Shown in pieces: positions 52,484 through 64,000 of a DNA stretch of 64,000 nt. The stretch comes from Takakia lepidozioides (Eukaryota > Plantae > Bryophyta): assembly GCA_030704615.1 (NCBI GenBank), contig JAKLZA010000278.1, positions 95,001 through 159,000 on the forward strand. The letters run 5' to 3'. A model generated the notes under the pieces. That model saw only the letters and a program-made list of their open reading frames with translations, did no database searches and was not told the origin of the DNA. The stretch's first letter is position 1. The number at the start of each line of letters is the position of its first letter. Both the position numbers and the translations under genes were made by a program.

Positions 52484-55400
52484 ATGGCGGAAAACCCGAG
52501 CGCTACAGTGTACTGCCCTCCTCACGAGCATAGAGCTTCATTTCCGTGCAGAGGGGACACCTGCCGGGTGATGGAGAAATATCTGTGCGTTCGATACCAC
52601 CTGAAACCGGGGTCGGTTTTTTTGGAGGAGGAAAGGAAGGACTCAAACGGCCTTGTTGTCGAGTATTGTTGTGCTCCACGATGATTTCGGCGATGGCAGG
52701 GAATGGCGAGTTCCACCATCGGACAGCGTCATATACAGGGCTGTTGGGGACTTCATTTGCCCGCCAAATGCACCGTCTATCCTGGCGCCTTCCACGAAAC
52801 AATCCGCGAATCAGAGAGTGGGTACCTCAAAGAGAGAAGTCCGCAACGAAGTAAATCCAGAGCCGAACCCATCCATGAAGACGACCGAGAACCGGGTTGT
52901 TCACAACCTGTCCGACTCAGACGAGGTCATGGAAGTTCCGAGGTCGTCCTGGAGATCAGGCAAGTCCTCAATGGACGTCAGTGGAGGAGGGAGTCATATT
53001 CCCAGCACGAGCACCGCAGTTCGATCTATTCTAGAAATTCTGCGAGGGCTTCACCTGGAGGGACACCGGTCGGAGCTGGCCGGGCTGGACTACAGCAAGT
53101 TCGCAATTAAATCGGTTACATGCCTTCCCGCCGACGTCGACGGTAATATCTTCTTTGAGTTCCCTCCTCGGGCGGACTACTCGAGGGCGTCCGGAATGTT
53201 GACAGATATGGATAGAAAACATGACGGTCATCCTTGGTGCGTTACCAAAACCACCAGCATGAAGATGCTTGATGGTGTGCGGGTGCGCTACGTTGTTTGT
53301 GCGGGCGCGTTGCGGTGTTTCTCCCCAACTTGCTTCCACTTTAAATCCAGAGGTCACAGGAACGAGACCGATTGGACAGGCACAGCTCACCAACCATTTC
53401 GAGCTCAGGAGAAGGTTCCGAACTCCACATTTAAGTGTGCGCATTGCAAAGAACCACCACTGCATGTCTGTTTGTAATGCCAAGCAGTTCTGTGTGTTGC
53501 ACCGTTTCCCTGACCTCACCCGAGCTTGCATACACGTTGGTTCCCATTGTCACAAATTGGCGAGGGGGAACTCGCGGGAGGCTGCCCACGAAGCAGAGCA
53601 GCTCGTTCAGGAGGAGGTTAAGTTGAGACCGGGTGCCAAACCCAAACAGATACAGCTCCAAGCCGCCCATAAGATGGCATTGGCCAGAATTATGTCGGAA
53701 GACGGCTCCGATAGAGTTCCTCTCGACGAGAAGGAAATGGAGGCATTGCTGGAGTCGGTGTCCCACGTATGTTCACCGAATGTCCGAAACCACATTGTCT
53801 CATGCAAACAGAAAATTGGGCGTGGCTCGGATATGCACTCCATTCTGGAGGTGAAGCGACGATGTGGATATGACTACATTCATGGAAGTAGGTTTCCAGG
53901 ACAAGGGACTGAGGCAGATCGTTGTTTCGTATTCAAAATGTCCACGTGTGGACCTGGCAGTGGCGTCGAACTGGTCGACAGGATGACGAGTGGGAACTTG
54001 TCAAACAGTTGGGTCATGTTCGACCATATCAAGCGAATTACAAATCACCAGTGGGTGACAATGGGTGCACATGTCTACGACACCCACTGCAGGATGCTAA
54101 TGACAATTGCTATTTGTGAGATGAAAGGAGAGGACACACAATCGGAGATGCTTCTTTGGCAGGGAATAAACGAACAGATGGCCAAGGCGGGATTGCCCCC
54201 TCCAATTTCCGTGGTTTCATGGCGGACAACGCACAAGCAAATTGGGCTGCCATCCGAAGGGTGTACGGGCAAGACCCCAATGTTCCCATGGAAGGCAAGG
54301 AGAGATCTTGTGGGTTCCATTTTCTGCAGAGCCTTTCGCAGTACACAACCAGGCTCGTGGCGCCAGATTTCAGAGAGGAGCACCGTTCCATGTGCCTTGC
54401 GTGGAAGCGCGCTCCCACCTTGGATGATGCAGAGACACAGTTTGCATGCATACGGGCTTGGTGGACATCGTCAGGTGCTGTAAGGAAATCAGACGAAGGA
54501 GCAATGGTCAGTTGGCTAGCATGGTGGCATTATCGTTTCCTCCAGTTCGGCGACTATATGCGGGAGGTGAGTTGCACGAATTCGCGTCCCGTTGGATATT
54601 ATTCTTGGCCATATTTGTAACTTGCTTGTAACCTCAACATGTGCTTGTGCAGGAAATGTGTCTCGACTCCGACACCGACATGCCCACGACAAACATGGCC
54701 GAATCAGTGCACTCTTCCTGGCGTGCCTCCTCTGCGGCGCATCTGGTGGACATCCTCACTGCCACAACGGAGGACATTGTGAGGTCAATTATGCAGCAAT
54801 GCAGGTACAACGAGTTCTTGAAAGGGAAACAGTGGGGCTTGGGGCCGGACAGGCAGGAAATGCTGATGCGGACTGCCTCCAGATCGAAGAATCCTCGGAA
54901 GTGGGCGGCGGCCTTGCGAGAGGGCCTTCGGGACACGCCATTGCTGCGAAGAGGCCAACATTTGGAAGGAGATGTTCATACCCGTCCAGTGAGACGAAGA
55001 CTTGACGAGGCACCTGGCGGAGAAGAGGATTCATGGCGAGCTGACAAGAATATTCGCACGCTCCCTCGTGGTCCGGTGATGTTGTCCGAGGAGGTCTCGT
55101 CGAGCACCGGAAGTCCTGCACGTTCAAGATCGCCATCTCCTTTGAGCACAGGGCGCGTGCCCCGGCAACATAACGAGCCATCTGTAGTAAAGCAATACAA
55201 CATTCCCATTGTGGAGACAAGAGTGTCGGAGTCACAGTGGAGAATTGCGAGGACATTGCCGGCATTTCGAGGGAAGTGTTGCGCCATCCGGGTGGATACG
55301 AGAGCACGCTGTGGTGAGATGATTCGGAGGAACCCACACGGTGCTGTACCTGCACCTTGTTTCAGCGGCAGATTTTTGACTCCCACATTTGCTCACGCCA

Positions 55401-56067
55401 CAACGCAGACATTTTGGTTCTGTAGGCACGACATAATGACCTGTGTATTTGGCAAGCCCAAGTACGGGATTCAGGGAATGCCGGAGCCTCCGGGTCTGGC
55501 CTGTTGCACCGGGTTGCAGCCTCTCTCAGAATGAGGCGGATGCTCTATCTGCAGCAGGATTTCGAATGGTGCAACGCACAGACATCCCGGCCCACGCATT
55601 TCCGGTTCCTCAGACCCAGCCATTGCAGACTGCTCGGTCCAGTAGAGACGGATTGGACAATTCTGCACATCCCACAATGCGATTCGGAAGAGTGAAGACG
55701 ACACCCTCCCAACAAGTTGAATGAGACTCGGATTGCCAATGCTCTTGGGATGGCTTGCACTATTCAGAGCTCCGTGGACGTACCCCCACCCGGCCTTGGG
55801 CGTGTGTATCGGATGGCAACGGCCGGCTCGGCTGTACGCGACGATGTATACACAATTACGATTGGAGTGGAGCCGACTTGCAACTGTACGGACTTCTCGT
55901 TGATGGAAGCAAAGAAGGGTTCGAAGTATTATCCGTGCAAGCATCTGTATTACATTTACCTGAAGAGGTTGAGGATGAACGTGACTATTGATGACTTTAT
56001 TCATGCACCGGCGTTGAGCGTGAACGAGCTGCACAAACTCCTCCTTAGGGATTCCAGAAATCATTGA
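52484..56067 (+). CDS. GCM-like + MULE DDE + SWIM transposase of element B (few frameshifts, intron ~54568-54652)
   Basis: MDRKHDGHPW...CAGALRCFSPTC...CAHC...C...H.H; FDHIKR; FMADNAQAN; CGFHF; TTNMAESVH; SWIM CNCTDF...CKHL. Confidence 0.88.
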
Positions 56068-56219
56068 TGGGGCAAACGGAATCCTCCATATGGATATTTT
56101 CAAATGCATTTTGCTGTATCAGACTTTTTTTTGCAGTGTAATGAAATGCACCCCAAAACTCCTGGAATGAGGCAATATTCCATTCAAACTGAGATCCAAC
56201 AGAAGCAGTTGTGGGGCCA

Positions 56220-56580
56220 TTTCTGGAAAAATGGCGCCGAATTTCTCTTTTTGGGGCCGAAAACTCGCTAAGTCCCAACATGCACTGGTACCTGTGTTGG
56301 GAAAATGGCGCCGAATTTCTCTTTTTGGGGCCGAAAACTGGCTAAGTCCCAACATGCACTGGTACCGTGTCTGGAAAAATGGCGCCGAATTTCTCTTTTT
56401 TTGGGCCGAAAACTGGCTAAGTCCGAACATGCACTGGAAAAATGGCGCCGAATTACCTGTCATGAGGGGACCTATAGCCGCGGAATTCGGCACCATTTTT
56501 CGCCAGAGAGACCTATTGCCGCGAAATACGTCGCCGTTTTTTCAGGTTACGGACCCTATTACCGCGAAATTCGGCGCCAT
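56220..56580. repeat. Subterminal tandem repeats carrying GGCGCCGAATTT and GGCTAAGTCC
   Basis: Three ~75-bp units related to the 46790-47460 unit. Confidence 0.85.
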
Positions 56581-56849
56581 ATTTGCACATGTCGCTGGAA
56601 TTGGCATGAGCGGAAGACAAAAATATCATGAGCACAACTGTCAAAAGTGCAATTTTCCCTTCAAGGGGCCGAATAATATATTTGTTTTTTCTGACACATT
56701 GCATTAAATTATTGTTTTTTATTGTTTTTTATTGTTTTTTATTTTCGAAATTTGTACTTCTGCTCATGAAAACGATTGTGTTACTACTCTGCTCGCTCAT
56801 GCCGCTCATGCCGCTCATGCTCATGAAATAGCAACCTCCAAAACAGGTG

Positions 56850-57620
56850 CCACTGATTATACTACAAAGTAAGCTAAAGCTTTGAGGCACAACACAGCCA
56901 AGTCCACAGCAAGGTTCCTGTACGAGAACATACTTACACGATTTGGATGTCCCTTAGAATTTATCAGTGATCAAGGAAGTCACTTCATGAATGAGACCAT
57001 TGAGTTATTGACTAAAGAGTTTATGATTGTGCATAGAAAGAGTACAACATATTACCCACAGGGTAATGGACAGGCAGAGGCTACCAACAAAATACTATGT
57101 ACTATCTTGGCTAAGATAGTCAATGCAAACAGAACGGATTGGGATACAAAGCTGCTGACAGCTTTATGGTCATACAGGACTTCGTATAAAGTCACCACAA
57201 AGTATACACCATTCCAATTAGTTTATGGTATGGAAGCCTTACTTCCAGTGGAATTCCTGTTACCTACCATGAGAACGGAGTGGGGAAAAAGAATGGAATT
57301 GCAAGACTCCATCAAGGTCAGGAAACATGAATTATACCATGTGGAAGAAGTACGTGCTGATGCAGCTGATAATATGACCAGAATTCAGATGAAGCGAAAG
57401 GAACAGTTTGATGAAGGCAAGTTAAAGACTTTTAAGACGGGGATTTGGTTCTATGGTTGCAAAAGAAGGAAAGATTCAAGCTTCTAAGCTTAAATCACCA
57501 TGGAAAGGACCTTATGTCATACAAAAGATGTATGATAACAACACAGCCATGTTACAAACCATTAACAAAGAAATGCTGGGAAGAGTCAATGCAAATAAGT
57601 TGAAGGGGTACAGTGGTATC
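56850..57620 (+). CDS. Gypsy integrase core + GPY/F region, N-terminally truncated
   Basis: TRFGCPLEFISDQGSHF, YYPQGNGQAE, TPFQLVYG, WKGPY. Confidence 0.93.
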
Positions 57621-57754
57621 CATGACAAACCCCTGCAGCATGATTTGCATGTTGAACCGCAAGAGCAGTCACGGGCTGCACCAGTGTTACGAACGGAGTA
57701 TGGAACACTTGTCGCTAGGCCCAGTATATATGACCAGGTGGGCAAAACAAACGT

Positions 57755-57985
57755 GACACAGCCTCACAGCCTCACAGCCTATCACAGCCCATCACGGCGT
57801 GACACAGCCTATCACAGCCCATCACACACAGCCTATCACAGCCTGACACAGCCTATCACAGCCCCACGACGTGACACAGCCTATCACAAGCAGCGTGTCA
57901 CCCTATCACAGCTTACCACAGTGCAACACAGCCTATCACAGCGTAACACAGTATGACACAGCCTGTCACAGCTCAACACAGCCTA
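57755..57985. repeat. GACACAGCCTATCACAGC tandem repeat
   Basis: Directly visible; similar CACAGCC repeats at 62360-62540. Confidence 0.85.
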
Positions 57986-58455
57986 CTAAAGTTACACGAT
58001 CCATAGAATCAGTGACAAGTGGACACATAAAAACTTCAGGAAAATGGCTGAAGGAAGAAGAAACGGAAATTACTTTAAAAATAGACACGTGGAGGTCAGG
58101 GTGCGACACACAGCAGAGAATGAAGTGCAAGGACAGGTGTCAAAAAGAAAGAGGACAAGAACGGCCGTCAAAAGGGATGAAAGGCGGGCCCATTAATGAA
58201 TACGGAAAAAGGGAAACAGAACGAACGGCAAGTACAGAAAAGAATTCATGTCACATGTGTGATCCTAGTGGACTATCCAACAGGGAAAGTCCACTAAAGA
58301 AGATAAAAGTTAAAATCCAGTCACAGCGGATACAGCCAATAGAAAACCAGAGAAATGATCAAGAAAATGGAGGGAAATTAAGCGCAAGAGGCGGCGTCGT
58401 TCTGAGTAACGGGCGTCTCGACAGGACAGGCCATAAATGCTATAACTTGGAAACT

Positions 58456-61400
58456 ATGGAGGAACTAACAGACTATACGCTCGCAATATTACTTACGCAG
58501 TGGCAGAGACACGAAACGAAAGAGCAGAGCTTTTCTCTTGAACAATGCTTGCAAGCCCCGCAGGCTTACAAGAGATTACCCATAGCTTTCTGCGGCAACC
58601 ATACGTTTCTGCTTTGTGCACTACAGGCATTCCTGCAGTTGTTACAGCCAAAGCAGTTCTGTGAGTCTAAGATGAAGAGAGTGAGAGGAATGGAGGAAAT
58701 CAGGGTGAAGAGCACCACAATTCTGCAGAAACAAACGATGGCTACCCCACAGGCGATAAAGATACTGAAGGAGCTGAGATTGGAAGGATTGCAAAGCATG
58801 GATTGGACACTACACCATAGACAGTACATGTTACAATTTTTGCAGAACTTTGAGCCAAAGACAGGAACAACAACGGTGAAGGGAGTTGAATTAATGATTA
58901 CTCCCCTATACCTCCAGCAATTGTTTCGATTGCCAGCAGGTCATGTGTATGTGGAGGAACACAGGGAAAGACTGCAAATAGGGGATTATTCCAAGAAGGG
59001 AGTTTCTTTAAAACTCAGGGTTATGCTTGTACCAAAGCTGTGTACCCAGGGTTAAAAGACATAGGCCAAGTATTGAACGTTCTGATTGCCCTGAAACAGA
59101 ACCAACAATATTTGAGCAGATCCTTCACAGAGGAAATCCTCAAAGGCTTGAAGGGACAAGAGGTACTGGGCGGACATAATGTACAACGCACTGGTAGAGG
59201 AGATGAAAAGATTACAAGGTACTACCGCAAAATCTCCTATCATAGTGTCTGGCCCAATCATTGCTCAAATAATCCTTAGTTCTGGCATACTTAATGCACA
59301 AGAAAGGAAGGAAATGGGAGTGTTTGAGCCAGAAACAACTGCAATGGAAGAGCAAGGCTCTTCACACAGTGAGGGTGGACTAGCAGCACAACCCGAGACT
59401 AAGAGCAGAGAAGGGGAAAGACTGTAGTGGCGATCCACTGGCTTCACGGATTCCGCATGATAATGTTTCCCAAGCTCATGACCAGGAAGGGGCACAGCAG
59501 CACAAAAGAATGTTATTACTGGAAGCAGGACCTTCAGAGAGGGAGAAGAAGTTACTTCTGCATCACAACCAACACAGCCACTTGAACGACTTGTCACAAG
59601 GTCACAAGTTATCCATGCAGCTGAAATAATTGATTTGGAAAGTGAAGGGATAGATATTCCAACTACAGAACAGATAGTGGCAGAAATAGAGAAGGGGACC
59701 TTCTCTATGAATATTCTGGTCTGGTCAAGGAGACAGAAATCCCAGAGGTGCAACAGTTGCCCAAGGAAATCCTGAGGTACATATAATGCACACACCTGTG
59801 TCGGAGGTACCACAGGCGGAAGGCCATGACACTGTAGCACCGGTCATAATGAAGTAGTTCAGGAAGAAAATCCGGTGGGACAATGGCTGAATGGTTAGTG
59901 AGACATCATACTGTTGAAGATCAGGAGGAACAGCAGCAACCTCACCATGATGACCCTCAACAGGCAATGCTGATGAGTTCCATAGGCAGGACACTTAATT
60001 TGTTGGGGACTTATGTCAAAACCCATGTTCCAATTACCCAATTGACAGCCTTGAAAGAGAACTCAGGAAGGAGTTTGAGGCTCGACTTGCCACTGAGTGT
60101 GCAAACAAGGTCGATGAAGAGGTCACTCTCAAGATGAAGCAGGACTTGGCCAATACAGAAATGGCTTTGCAATTGGCCAAGCAACAATTGATTGAGGCAG
60201 GCCTCGCGCAAGACCAGTTGCACGAAGCACATAAGCAACAGCTATACCAAATGCAGGTGCAGCATGAAAGCAAGTTGCAAGAACTGAATGCACTACATAC
60301 GGAGTTGCAGACAGTGCATAACAGGATGGCGATACAATGCGCTACATTTACAACTATGCTTGACCAATCACAAAAGAAATAAACAGTCAAGCGGAAAAAT
60401 GTACGAAGGCAGAAGAAGAGATGTGGAGCACATGAAGCTCATTGTCGATATGAAGAATACAATCTGTCGCAATGAAGATACTTTCAAGCAATACAGGCAG
60501 ATGGAAGCTGAGAAGAGAATACATCGTGGAGTTGCAACAACCATCGTGGCCAATAGAAATGAAATCGCGGTCAGTAACAAGGCTTCGAAGGAAGCCAATA
60601 ATCTACTTGCTGCCTATGCGCAATTGGTTGAGCCACAGGCGAAGCGCATGGAGGCTTTACAACAGCAGTTGGAATTGTACAAGCTAAGAGAGGCAAACTC
60701 TCAGGGGAACCACAAGCAGCTTGGTGGATAACAGCCTTATGCAGGTCTGGTTAGCACAAGGGCCAGTAGAGGGCAAAGCCCACGGAAGCTCACCCAAAGC
60801 GAGATGAATGAGCTCAGACTGCAGGTGCAGAACATTGCCACAACTACTATAGACAATGTCTATAGTAGGATAGCAGAGTTACAAGAGGATGTAGACGGAC
60901 TCCAGACTCAAGTGGAAGACCTCACTTCAAACATCGACCAAAGAGTCTATATCCCTCAGGAACAGCTAATGGCTTCTTATTTGCAAGCCAGAACTCTGGC
61001 TTTTCAGTCTTCACAGGAGGTGCAGGAGATGCCAATGGTACAGGAACCAGTACCACCACCACCACAACAGGTCAGTGTACCAGTAGCTGAACCTGTGGTT
61101 ACTACAACCACACCACAGCCACCACAGCCGGAGGTATGGGGCAATGCAGCTTTTAACCCACCTAAAACTCCAGCTGCCAGGGAGTACAGTAGGGCTATGA
61201 TTATGCCCTTCAACCAAATTCCCATCATGTTGGATTTGGCTTGGAAAGAATTTAGTCCTCCGCAGTCATTCGCACATTACTACCAAATCATGCGTATTTG
61301 GCTGCCAGTGGCAACCAGGACTAAAGTTCTTCCAAACAATCGACATATTGAAGATCATCACTTTGCACAATACTGGCACGAGGCAGGTACCATGTTGAGG

Positions 61401-62198
61401 GAATTGGTTGCTTTCCAGGTTGTACATGGACTCATTTATACCAAGACCAAGGAAATAGCAAGTATTGTCATGGGGTGCGGGCTATACTACGCTGCTTGTT
61501 TTCTGATACGTTACCACATTGAGCAACAAAAGATGCAAGCACGCTTTCAAAGTTACTCCAGTGGAGATCATTGGGTATTACCTTCGGTGCCACCTCATAT
61601 GTACCTATATGACCCAAAAGTTATGATACAGAAGGATTCTCAAATTCGTTCATGGTTTCAAGCAGCCTGCAACAATTTGTCAACACAGAAATTCGGACTT
61701 GATGACATTTTCTATAAGGGACATATCGCATGGAAATACTTGCACGCTGCACCAGTAATTGGTACCCCACTCATTTGGACAGACAAGGAGCTCAGTGTCT
61801 ACACCAATTTTGCTGTTCAACGGTTACACCAGGTTGTAAAATGCAAACTTCCAGACATGGTAGGACAGCATTGTATGCCCCAGATGATTCCACAAAAAGT
61901 TCGAAAATTAAAACACCTGAGAGGCGATGAGGATTCTGATACAACTGTTTCTTCACAAAATTCTTTTGACATGGGAGAAGACTATGCAATTCAGATGGAA
62001 GAGAAGAAACAAAGGGGATCTCCTATGCCGGAAAGATTACCTCGATATCAGCCTCCAGAAGGCCTCACTTATCCAGGTAGTGATCAACCATCTCCATCAA
62101 CCAGAGACAGACCTCGGGCTCGTACACACAGCCCACCACGAAACTCTCAACGTCAACAAGGTGCTCACTCACAAAGGTTTGCTACTCGGAAACAGTAA
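58456..62198 (+). CDS. Accessory (env-position) coding region: plant-transposon-protein-like N-terminus, coiled coil and an uninterrupted 464-aa ORF of unknown function
   Basis: LQFLQNF...TVKGVELMITP..LQQLFRLP; heptad-rich 60134-60731; ORF 60804-62198. Confidence 0.6.
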
Positions 62199-62236
62199 AC
62201 CGTGAGGACACGGCTTTTTGAGGGGGGAAGGGGTAA

Positions 62237-63162
62237 TGTTAGAGGACTGTAGGGGACTTAGACACTTATACGGGATCTGTAGGGTACCCTTAATTTTTGC
62301 ACAGACTGAGACAAACAGGAACCTTAGGGGTGACAGCAGCGCACTGTAGAGGGGGGTTACATAGCCCACACAGCCGACACAGTCACAGCCCACACAGCCA
62401 ACACAGCCCGTCACAGTCGTCACAGCCCACACAGCCCACACAACAGCCACAGCACACAGCCTTCACAGTCCACTTCACACACAGCCACACAGCCAGTCAC
62501 AGCCCGACACAGCCACAGCCAGTCACCGCTTGACACAGCTGTCACGATAATAGGGAACGAAGAGTAGGACAGGGAACGACTGTGGGGAACAACACCTGTG
62601 AAGGGAACATGTTAGTTCACATACGACGGTTAGAGAGGGAAACGGTTAGAACCGCGGATAGGAGGATAAAGGGAAAAAACGGGGAATGAGAAGGGATCAT
62701 CATTATTCGGGGGAGGCGGAGTCAGCGGAGCGGAAGTCGGTGAGCACGATGAAGGAGAAAGAGGATTAGTAGATGCTTGTTATATGCAAAGCTGTAGGGA
62801 TATTGTAGAGGAGAATAGAGACACAATGGCTTCGGCCTGATACCTGATAAATCATAATCTGATACTTATACGATACAATCACACTGTGTAGAGAGATCTG
62901 AGTGAAGCTGTGGATTGAATGGAGGAGTGAAGGAAACCGATAAATTGATGAAGCAAACTGATACTTAATTATCAATGGTAAGGTAGCTAAGATGAATGCG
63001 GAAAAGGAAACAAATAGGAAACACCCCATGATACACTAGCTGTAGGTCATGACTGATTGTTCTGCGCGGGCTGAGTACTTAGAGATTTCCAACTCTTCTA
63101 TCTTGGAGTTTCCGCCTCGGATAGCGAAGGGATGGGTGAGTAAAAGCCGCGCGACAGTAACA
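62237..63162 (+). repeat. 3' LTR (926 bp)
   Basis: Starts TGTTA just after the PPT and ends TAACA where gag homology on the other strand stops. Confidence 0.85.
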
Positions 63163-64000
63163 TATCCACTTTCTTTTGCAACTCTGGTCTTAGTCCACTC
63201 ACACAACCAAGTCTTCTGTAAACCGGGTGCTGGTACTGCAGCCAGCTTTTTCATCATCAATTCCATCTTCTCCATATACTCTTCAACAGTTTCATGCTTC
63301 TTCTGCTTCAGCTGTTGTAAACTTCCATATACTTCATCCTCAGTTTTACTTGTCCTGAACCTATTTTGAAATGCTGTATTCAAGCCATTTCCAGGTTAGG
63401 AAATGATTATCAGGGAATCTTGCATACCATTCACTTGCTTTCTTGACAAGTGAACAAGGAAACAGTCTCATCTTGGCATCATCGCCATTCTCATTATTCA
63501 CTATACACATGTGCTCAAATTGGCTAATGTGTACATCGGGATCCCCTTTTCCTGAATATATTGGAAAGGGTGGTTTTGCCCGTGTTGGTTGTAACGCCAT
63601 CTGTGGCCCTACCTTCTGTCCACTGACAGGTGCTGGCACCTTTGCTGGTGCTGGTCCTTGGACCTGTTGTTTTTTGTGGTGGATCTTCCACCAAGTGGTG
63701 GCCCTTGAGCACTCCCTGCTTCTGGCCCCACGATATTCACAGTATTCCCAGCTTCAGTTGCACTACTTCCCACACTCCCTGTCCCCCCAGAGCCAGATCC
63801 AGGCAGCCCGCCTGATCCCCTGAGCCAACACCTTCGTTGGCCTGTGATCCAAGTGCTCCACTTGATCCAGGTCCACGGGTTGGGATGTCCTGGTTGTAGT
63901 CTCAACCTCAGCTGTTGGGTCTACTTCTTCATATTCTTCCTCTTCCAATTTCCTCTCTTGTTTTCATCTCCAAGTTCTGCCCTTGGGTTTCTTCTTCACT
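63163..64000 (-). mobile_element. Gag of another Gypsy element, interrupted by the LTR above
   Basis: FPIYSGKGDPDVHISQFE...RLFPCSLVKKASEWY...F..RF...LKQKKHETVEEY. Confidence 0.88.

Larger units (their letters stand above)
44196..56838 (+). mobile_element. Mutator-like element B, ~12.6 kb, both TIRs present, with cargo gene
   Basis: Left GGGGCTGCTATTTCATGAGCATGAGC; right end reverse complement GAGGTTGCTATTTCATGAGCATGAGC; CATGAGC subterminal repeats at both ends. Confidence 0.85.
56845..63162 (+). mobile_element. Gypsy LTR retrotransposon 3' half (Athila/Tat-like organisation) with accessory ORFs
   Basis: Integrase, long post-pol coding region, PPT GAGGGGGGAAGGGG (~62220-62233) and 3' LTR. 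Confidence 0.88.

Noticed and set aside
38747-56838. One giant element with two inverted transposases
   Set aside because: A TIR at 44196 pairs with 56838, defining element B alone; the two transposases are highly diverged

Overview
Transposon-dense eukaryotic nuclear DNA, most likely from a non-seed land plant (GT-AG introns, a plastid-targeted gene, Hint gene remnant). A small host-gene island (~20.3-30.1 kb) holds an orphan HNH-endonuclease exon, the chloroplast rhodanese STR11 and an IDN2/FDM-type XS/XH RdDM factor. It is surrounded by nested elements: a large CACTA (right TIR ends 17272), LINE fragments, three Gypsy LTR elements and two related Mutator-like elements whose transposases have a GCM-like + MULE DDE + SWIM architecture. 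The most notable pattern is that three unrelated TE superfamilies each carry a putative chromatin/DNA 'writer'. (1) A 12.6-kb TIR element (44196-56838) encodes, divergent from its transposase, a spliced ParB/Srx-like + beta-class N4/N6 DNA-methyltransferase-like gene, plus arrays of the palindrome AAATTCGGCGCCGAATTT. (2) A Gypsy pol carries a C5-cytosine methyltransferase upstream of RT and a PHD finger after integrase. (3) The CACTA carries a SET-domain gene. Domain calls come from motif recognition by eye, not database searches. Single-base indels also occur in a conserved host gene, so many frameshifts may be assembly errors rather than decay.
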